A stretch of 64,000 nt of DNA from Nitrosopumilus sp. (lineage in GTDB: Archaea; Thermoproteota; Nitrososphaeria; Nitrososphaerales; Nitrosopumilaceae). The notes below the pieces were generated by a model, which saw only the letters and a list, made by a program, of their open reading frames with translations, was not told the origin of the DNA and searched no databases. Where the stretch lies: contig OZ242220.1 in NCBI GenBank assembly GCA_965206745.1, positions 320,001-384,000 on the forward strand. Direction: 5' to 3'. This document shows, piece after piece, positions 58,601-64,000 of the stretch (position 1 is its first letter; each line of letters begins with the position of its first letter). Both the position numbers and the translations under genes were made by a program.

Positions 58601-61551
58601 CTCCGGTCATACCCACATACACCATTGAAAATCCTGGAAATCTGCCTGCATCCGTTGCAAACTCGCTGAATAGAAATACGGGTGCATTCTCTGCAATGTT
58701 TGCATGTAATGTGACAAATATCGGAATCGATGTTGTCTATACCTTTGATTGGACCTTTGATGACGGTACTGAACCATCAGGGTTGCAACGTGGTACCATA
58801 ACAATGCAAAGTGGTATAGATGCCTGCTTTACAGAAACAAATGAGGCTCCTACCATTACTAGATATACTGAAAACGCCGAAATAGGGACGACGATTCTTC
58901 CAAGCCTCTCAACTGTTGTAACAGATACTTCTGAGAATCCTGTAGATGCGGCAATTGCATACGCTATCACCGGAGGAAATCTGCCTGACTACATTGCAGA
59001 TTTTCTAGATGAGGATACCGGCGACTTTTCAGTTCCGTTTAGATGTGGCTTCGCTGATAGTCAAACTTTTACATTTACCTGGACATACACAGACGGCTCT
59101 GGGACATATACTCAGAGTGATGCACGGGCTACCGCGGTTTTTAATGCAGCATGCGTTACACTTACATCAATAAATGAGGAACCTACCTTTAGTACTTCTG
59201 CATATTTCCCACGTATATCGGAGAGGGCACCAATCCCAAGCCTCTCAACTATTGTAACAGATCCTATTGAGGATCCGCCAGACACCACGATATCATACAG
59301 TTTTGTTGATGGTACCTCAGAGTTACCTCAAATCATTATGGATTCCCTTGATAGTTCAACTGGTGACTTTGGAGAGACGTTTCCATGTCAAACCACGAGA
59401 CCAGGTACTAGCACAATTCCGAGTTTCTCCTTTAATTGGATATACACGGACAACAACGGACGAGAATCAGGGACGCGATCTGGTACCATAGCAGTGGAAG
59501 ATGATCCCAACTGCGTCAACCCAGTTCCACTATTTACAACAGTAAATGAAGACCCTATAGTTGGTATCTATAATAATGGCGTAAGCGAGGGAAAGACCAT
59601 TCCGAGCCTCTCAGTTGCCGTATTTGACCCTCCTGAGAGTTCAATAGATGATGCAATCGCATACGCTATCACTGGAGGAGCTTTACTTGATAATCCTGCA
59701 TACACATACATTGTTCGTTCTCTAGACACTACAACCGGTGACTTTGGAGCTGTGTTTAACTGTGGTACATTAGAGAACGGACAGACAGACCTTGGATTTA
59801 CTTGGACATACACAGACGAAACCGACACATATACTGCCCCGCCAAGTGTTATAACAGTAAATAATGATAATAACTGCCTCACGTCAGACAATGAAGAGGC
59901 CACAATTACTCAATACAGAGAAACGGTAAATGAAGGGGAAAGGATTCCTCCCCTTTCACGTGATGTAATGAATCCTCGTGAGAATCCTCCAGATGTGCCA
60001 ACATACAAAATAACCACCCGTGTTGATCCTGAAGATGTTGAGGCTGATTTACCTGAATACATTGCAGATTCCCTGAATCCTAGAACTGGCGCTTTTGACA
60101 CGGTATTCCGATGTGATGAAATAGAGACTATTCAGGGTAACAGATTTGGATTTGGTTGGACATACTCTGATAATGTCAATCCAGTATCACTAGAACAAGC
60201 GGGTTCTATAAGAGTAGAACCAAATGACCAGTGTAGCGAATCATTTACACCAGAAAATGAACCCCCAACAGTTAGAAACTATATCGAAACTGTAAGACCC
60301 GGCGGATTCATTACAAGCCTTAGTACGGCAGTAACAGATCCTGAGGAGCAAGATCCAGACCGCAATATCCGTTATCAAATCAAAAACATGGGCAACTTGC
60401 CGGAATCCATCGCCCGCTCCCTAGATGAGCAGACAGGTGATTTCTCAACACAATTCACCAATACCTTTCTAGTGGATGGAAGTTCAAATTCATTTGTGTT
60501 TACCTGGTCATATCAGGACAGTACGGGAGAATCAGAACCAAGGACTGCCTCACTGATGCTGGCAGAGAACTCTGGCGGCAGCTCAAATAACTGGAAGAAA
60601 AAGCCCACCTTTGGCCAGTCATGGGAGATATCCTCATCACAGCTGGTCACTGACGGATTCACATTCAATGGCCACACACTTGACATCACAGACAACTGGC
60701 ACACTGACTTTACAAGGACATCATCGATAATAGGCGAGACAAACAGTGTAAACATGAAGGCATATGCTGCTGACGGATTCAGCTATGTGACACTATCCCT
60801 TGGAGTGCCTGAGATCGGCGAGGTATCTGATGCCGAGACTGACATCATACTGATGCTGAGCAGAAACTATACCAGTCCAGTCGACTATGACATAACTGAG
60901 ATAATTCACGAGCAAAAGGAGTCACTGGTCGATGAGAGCCAGACAACGGCTGCAGTCAACAAGGTAAAGTGCAATCCGGGCTCTGATGTACAGTGCTACT
61001 CCTTTGATATAGATTTCAAGGTTAATGCGCCACTAAAGTCCGACGTGCTGGCAATATCTGCAGTAGATTCAAAGCGACGCAGCACCGTAACATACGTCAA
61101 CGAGGGCGTAGAGTTTACAGGCCAGTCACTGCTTGCACCAAACACGCACTATATCGTGCAGAAAAAGACAAACCAGGGACCAGCAGAGATGCTCACACTG
61201 ACCCAGCAGGACAGGAGATACAACATCTGGGAGGATGATTCGGGATACCTGTGGGCACAAAATGATCACGGCAGCTGGTTCTCAATTACCACGCCAGAGT
61301 CTGAGAGGTTCGTTGACGGGGCAGTCAACGTGATGACCAGGATGCATTCAAACTTTGAAAAACTGATGCAACAGGAGCAAGACAGGGCCACTGTAATATT
61401 TAATGCAAGCAAGCTGGTCTCTGTACCTGACCAGACATTTAGCTATGACTATTCCGGTATTAGCTATGGCGTCTCAAAGATGGACAAGCTAGCAGATGAA
61501 CTGGACGTTGAGCAGGGCAAGGCAGAGAGAATAATGGAACTGTTAAGATAG
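52633..61551 (+). CDS. Giant secreted adhesin-like protein with tandem putative Ig/cadherin-like domains and a distinct C-terminal domain
   Basis: Signal peptide ending AYA; repeated FxWTPDDxH and PPGIxLNxNGTFSGTVS modules; 2972 aa. Confidence 0.8.
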   Translation: MIKRQLSCIVLALAVTLLLSATPAYASHTVTTTDTIPPSVNVGERVMIQFESSSGPTGNGVAEWRNFPNNICFEPQHQDDYSLNQDGLFDFNATADFAGLSCVFEVIYEAGTGDSDGVPFTIEIPAIRPYNVNFGEGDPFPPLSDFVDYVPTDPTTVSYTITNLNLPDGIEFDDSTGNFIGDVSHLTIRSGNSFSDFAFTWTYTADGNTYTQSTGNFLFIRNTNSPPTLATIPTADQLMFDEGDIVSFTITALDDDTNDNFGRWILASPLPGGLVHSNGTFSGTLTSLASGTYPVDISYRDTSGDTSEGGPTSGTVSTDLTIVVNDIPLVDDLSVREGDTVDIPLGVVGSPTITCTTGSDIPSDLEFNGDTCTITGNVNSDAITNGETSQEFIIDYTLTSGDGRRNGMGTYTLIVISADAIGSAPTIDSVTPFNPTYDEGQLVEITLMGSDPDGDSLMWALSPNTPGAALNTTTGGVTQFSWTPDDTQDGPHTFNVILTDSVGQESDPEVITFTVNEVNAEPSLSGTLYNEEYDEGDTISDSLAVTITDAIEDPPSPMITYTLETGQTPPPGIMLHPNGTLSGTISHDAVSAGAMPQNLTFTWTYNDDGIGPNANITQTSSITVTDVPIVVAPDDGASTHTEGDRVDRSLGVTGDGDITCTSTSTIPGSLTLNPACTITGNLDRNVITNSLASQEFTINYMARNPDDVSDSGTYVLTVNDRPPTFDAYDRTVEEGQPLDSLYDAVADSARTPASTIFSYEIIPGSLPSGITDLFDMTTGEFNGSIPFDIVTLAEGSQTFNFQWRFTDTIGVSGVQDGVLIVDNFNQAPTITGTDPATIDDTPDEHARVQFTLTGGDEDGNDPDPIWDVSSDNSAATANATITQSGEFQWTPDDTHGDTTVTFTFTLIDTEPLSADPRIIAFDVQEVNIPPTIGTYNFTISEGLPINPLSEVVDNPVEIPPDAINTYAIIDGPGNNLTSTIRSSLNVNTGAFSAMFPAGTVPDGAPHVRYDFDWTFEDELGASDPPLAATIFVTGSGTNLDPVIGDLPDLQDRTIEEHDTLTFTLSNVDPNTGDRDSGIWTMPNTLGATMGRTTGVFEWTPDDTHNGMHTFTVTLTDPGGLEGTAEIVVTVTEFNARPTPSGTTYEVRVNEGGNLDSNPLTGLVDDMLENPPSTIRYTIDIGQILPPGIRLNLNGTFSGTVSHDIANLANSPQPFPFTWNYNDGDHDLPGSGIIMVINDNRIPTVGPIPGDVDRTPDEGQLVQFIMPGSDEDFDTGDPRPTWRITTSSDTNARIDTTSGEFTWTPDDTHGNSTISFNFILEDSASRAGQLMINFDVQEFNAPPTDSRPYTVTVSEGGEITTSLVGSVDDIPENPSSDVEYTTSDTLPSGITLNRNGTFSGTVSHTVATAGNSPQMFEFEWTYDDDEGGSNININQMGTITVNNDNRPPTIDPPTDTIIPIAEFAPATLSLTRTDPDVAAGDDRPVWGVTANSTTNGDIDADGLFTWTPDDSHGSTTVTFTFTLMDSAGASALPEDVSYVVSEVNLEPTSTLYFSRVNEGDSIDLPLTSSITDEPEDPPSTITYTTSDTLPPGIRLNPDGTFTGTVSLDATILADSPQNFTFNWRYSDGDNNADETGIIEVTNVNQSPEIIVHTIEVTSPDRPPVTVMPENIGSLPNLPIGDTLTINFTARDADPNTDFVWVLTTSDPRESLTADGLYTFTPDRTQENLNTGRTVTLSDGIIDTPISQAIRVFVIGSVPMITISPDPPDHAAIGSPVTFTVTARDPDRNPITSLDILSNTVGATLTNGQFSWTPTADHVGPNVFTFRAIDERLGTGTATHTITVPTGENEPPTFVTYEPAILEGQMIPSLSDAVDDPFESDQPPVEYRIMDGDLPDYIEGSLNAQTGAFDETFRFDTTTDSMTFFFSWTFRDGSGEPKLQLGSITVNNDPDLIPTLTRGNDGYIIGSYQPTVLAMEMLPPLSRVVTDYPVEPPVIPTYTIENPGNLPASVANSLNRNTGAFSAMFACNVTNIGIDVVYTFDWTFDDGTEPSGLQRGTITMQSGIDACFTETNEAPTITRYTENAEIGTTILPSLSTVVTDTSENPVDAAIAYAITGGNLPDYIADFLDEDTGDFSVPFRCGFADSQTFTFTWTYTDGSGTYTQSDARATAVFNAACVTLTSINEEPTFSTSAYFPRISERAPIPSLSTIVTDPIEDPPDTTISYSFVDGTSELPQIIMDSLDSSTGDFGETFPCQTTRPGTSTIPSFSFNWIYTDNNGRESGTRSGTIAVEDDPNCVNPVPLFTTVNEDPIVGIYNNGVSEGKTIPSLSVAVFDPPESSIDDAIAYAITGGALLDNPAYTYIVRSLDTTTGDFGAVFNCGTLENGQTDLGFTWTYTDETDTYTAPPSVITVNNDNNCLTSDNEEATITQYRETVNEGERIPPLSRDVMNPRENPPDVPTYKITTRVDPEDVEADLPEYIADSLNPRTGAFDTVFRCDEIETIQGNRFGFGWTYSDNVNPVSLEQAGSIRVEPNDQCSESFTPENEPPTVRNYIETVRPGGFITSLSTAVTDPEEQDPDRNIRYQIKNMGNLPESIARSLDEQTGDFSTQFTNTFLVDGSSNSFVFTWSYQDSTGESEPRTASLMLAENSGGSSNNWKKKPTFGQSWEISSSQLVTDGFTFNGHTLDITDNWHTDFTRTSSIIGETNSVNMKAYAADGFSYVTLSLGVPEIGEVSDAETDIILMLSRNYTSPVDYDITEIIHEQKESLVDESQTTAAVNKVKCNPGSDVQCYSFDIDFKVNAPLKSDVLAISAVDSKRRSTVTYVNEGVEFTGQSLLAPNTHYIVQKKTNQGPAEMLTLTQQDRRYNIWEDDSGYLWAQNDHGSWFSITTPESERFVDGAVNVMTRMHSNFEKLMQQEQDRATVIFNASKLVSVPDQTFSYDYSGISYGVSKMDKLADELDVEQGKAERIMELLR

Positions 61552-61660
61552 ATTCTATCTGATGTAATAAAGACATGATCCTGTCTTATGAAATATCCTG
61601 ATGCTGTAAAGCCTAAGGGAGGATCCTTGGCACATTATTTACAAGCCTGCATCATAACTA

Positions 61661-62032
61661 TCATCCCAGCTTTTGCCTGTATACTGTGACTGTGCCGTCC
61701 TCAAATGTATACTCTATCTCGATGATTCCGGATGCGGCCTTTGCAGGCCATGCCACGACGCCGGAGGTATGCGGTCCGGCATCAACCCGCTCGGCATGCG
61801 TGCAGTTGCATCCTGATATGGCCCCCCTGAAATGAATAATTGCAGAAGAGCCGCCGTTTGTGTATGTTGCAGATATCATCGAGAGGGACCGATCCCCATA
61901 TACCGCAACATGCGATATGACCCTGTACTGATCCTCCAAGCTTGTAGCATAGTCTCCCATGTGTACAACTGCGATCCCTGCAAGGGAGACGGTGGCTGCA
62001 ACTCCGAGCAGTACTGATATGGCATACTCCAT
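61661..62032 (-). CDS. Hypothetical protein with hydrophobic N-terminal helix (pilin-like)
   Basis: MEYAISVLLGVAATVSLAGIAVV followed by a beta-rich domain. Confidence 0.5.
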   Translation of the reverse strand: MEYAISVLLGVAATVSLAGIAVVHMGDYATSLEDQYRVISHVAVYGDRSLSMISATYTNGGSSAIIHFRGAISGCNCTHAERVDAGPHTSGVVAWPAKAASGIIEIEYTFEDGTVTVYRQKLG

Positions 62033-62035
62033 GAA

Positions 62036-62230
62036 TTATACCCCAAGCTTTCCGACAAACCTGCCGTCCCTCTCTATCCTGATATAGTGGATGCCTGCCT
62101 TGCGGTACAGCGATATGACCTTATAGTCCCCGACGAACACCGAATCCCCCTCACCCATCGAGTCAATTACCTGCCTTGCGTGGTCATACCTTACGCCCAG
62201 TATCTCACAGAGCACCTTTCTGGGGTTCAT
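62036..62230 (-). CDS. Small hypothetical protein
   Basis: Overlaps the ATPase stop by 4 bp (translational coupling). Confidence 0.55.
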   Translation of the reverse strand: MNPRKVLCEILGVRYDHARQVIDSMGEGDSVFVGDYKVISLYRKAGIHYIRIERDGRFVGKLGV

Positions 62231-63993
62231 GGCTCGTTGGGATCCGTGTTGAACAGCTCAAGCTCCCTGTCGTCTGCGATGAACTGGCAGCGCACCACGT
62301 TCTCAGATGCATGTACCATGGCCTCGCCCTTCTTTGCGCCGATCAGTATGTTTGCCTCGTGCTCTGAGAGGTGCAGCGTACCAGTCAGGGCGTCCTTCTC
62401 GGCTGCCTTGTGCTGGAGGAATATCTTGGTGTCAGAGTTGTTAAAGAGTGCAAGCGCATGCTGGTGCTTGAGAATGTCTGCAATGTTCTGGGTTGCAAGT
62501 ATTATGGTGACGTTGTACTTTCGCGCCCTCCGTGCCAGCTCCTCGACTGACTCGCCTGTACTGTCATCCTTGAAGAGGGCCCACCCCTCGTCAAGCACGA
62601 TGAACTTTGGGATTATCTTTGGCAGCTTTGTGGCATGTTGTAACGCAAACTCCAGTGCGACCCTAGTTGCCAGGCGGTGCTCGTCTGAGTTTACCGCAAA
62701 GGAATTTGCAAGGGCGACAACGGTGCTGCTGTTCATGGTGGGTCTTCCGGACAGCAGGGAGCGTATCGGCCCCATCTCAAGTATCTGCATGTAGGAGTAG
62801 TGATCGGTGCCGTTTTGCCGGTCTGAGATCTTTATCAGGTTTATCATATGGTCGACATTTGAGCATCCTTCCTCCTCTGCTGCCTTTAGCATCGAGTATC
62901 TGGTAAGCTTGCCGACGCCCAGTATGTCAGCTAGTAGCGATGCTGCGCGGTACCTTGACATGTAGTGGAACGGGTCCATGCCAAGTCTAATGTTTGCATC
63001 AACTGCAGAGACTGAGAATCCAAGCCTTGATGCAAACTCGACATACTCGTTCTCAATGTCTACAAAGAAGAAGAATGCCTCCGGATACATCTTTTGCGCG
63101 CGGGAGACGATTATCTTTATGGTGTGCGACTTTCCAGCCCCACTTGTAGCGACGATTCCAATGTTGTAGTTTCTCCTCTTCTTATAGTTGTACAGCACCG
63201 CCCTCCTTGTTACAACGTTTACCCCCCATGCAGTCCCCCCCTTCTCTGAGAGTTCCGATGAGATAAAGGGGAACAGCGGGTGAAGGGAGTCAGTCTCCAC
63301 GTAGATGTCGGTCCGACCAGAGAGGAGAAACCTCCTGTCCGAGTACGGCAGGTGCCTCACAGTGGCCCTCATGGCCTTGGCCTTTGAGGAGAACCTCTTT
63401 GCCCTCTCCTCCAGGTTCTTTTTTGTGATGCCTGTCACCCCAAAGGTCACCCTCACTGACACTATCTGCGAGGCGTTCTGGTGCAGCACCTTCTCCTTCA
63501 TGGCATCAATCATCGAGGAGCCATCAATGGTGTCCCTCTTTGCAGAGAGGTGCGCAGTCTTTAGCGACCCGCGGAGGACGGAGACGTATGATTCTGGCTT
63601 TATGGGCTTTAGAAATATCCGGACAAAGTCGCAGTACTGGAACATCCTGTATATCCATCCCGCGTTGAGCTTGTTTGGTACCGAGTAAAGGGAGTGACAC
63701 CTTGCACGCATTCCGTTGTGCAGTATTATACAGGATGACTCAGAGTGCTCAATGTCAAACTCCGGCGGCTCCATCCTCTCAAATGTGAATCCGGACTGTA
63801 CAAGAATGTGCGATATGTCCTCCTTTGATGTGATGACTGTCTTTTCGTTTGCACATGAGATCTGCTTCTTTCCAAACATCATGTCATCATACTCCCTGAA
63901 CATGTCAATTGTAATGGGACCGTCAAGGGAGTCAGCCAGACTCTTCAGCCTGTCTACTAGCATCACCTGCTCCTCGATGCTGGCATATGCCAT
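62227..63993 (-). CDS. VirB4/TraC-like ATPase (HerA/FtsK superfamily)
   Basis: NIGIVATSGAGKS Walker A, VDIENEY, FIVLDEGW Walker B, RRARKYNVTIILATQN. Confidence 0.82.
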   Translation of the reverse strand: MAYASIEEQVMLVDRLKSLADSLDGPITIDMFREYDDMMFGKKQISCANEKTVITSKEDISHILVQSGFTFERMEPPEFDIEHSESSCIILHNGMRARCHSLYSVPNKLNAGWIYRMFQYCDFVRIFLKPIKPESYVSVLRGSLKTAHLSAKRDTIDGSSMIDAMKEKVLHQNASQIVSVRVTFGVTGITKKNLEERAKRFSSKAKAMRATVRHLPYSDRRFLLSGRTDIYVETDSLHPLFPFISSELSEKGGTAWGVNVVTRRAVLYNYKKRRNYNIGIVATSGAGKSHTIKIIVSRAQKMYPEAFFFFVDIENEYVEFASRLGFSVSAVDANIRLGMDPFHYMSRYRAASLLADILGVGKLTRYSMLKAAEEEGCSNVDHMINLIKISDRQNGTDHYSYMQILEMGPIRSLLSGRPTMNSSTVVALANSFAVNSDEHRLATRVALEFALQHATKLPKIIPKFIVLDEGWALFKDDSTGESVEELARRARKYNVTIILATQNIADILKHQHALALFNNSDTKIFLQHKAAEKDALTGTLHLSEHEANILIGAKKGEAMVHASENVVRCQFIADDRELELFNTDPNEP

Positions 63994-64000
63994 GTTAAGT

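Noticed and set aside
62087-62794. 235-aa plus-strand ORF
   Set aside because: Antisense shadow of the VirB4-like ATPase

Overview
Chromosomal window from an ammonia-oxidising archaeon of the Nitrosopumilaceae (Nitrososphaerota/Thaumarchaeota). It carries the amoB-amoC-amoX-amoA cluster plus two small membrane genes that are probably amoY/amoZ. Core genes include taw1, dus, tbp, serS, rps3ae, rps15, alba, sdhACDB, argH, a P-II regulator and a Dam-type methylase. There are two tRNA genes: Thr-GGT, and Leu-TAA with two BHB-type introns. About 40% of the window encodes secreted repeat proteins: three tandem thrombospondin type-3 repeat proteins, a tandemly duplicated AT-rich pair of MORN/YwqK-type repeat proteins with an N-terminal all-aromatic heptad ('Tyr zipper'), a 1767-aa HYR/FN3 protein and a 2972-aa Ig-like adhesin. 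The adhesin sits next to a VirB4/TraC-like ATPase module that runs off the right edge. A box C/D sRNA candidate and several decayed ORFs were also found. All calls come from reading the sequence and from recalled family motifs; no database searches were run.
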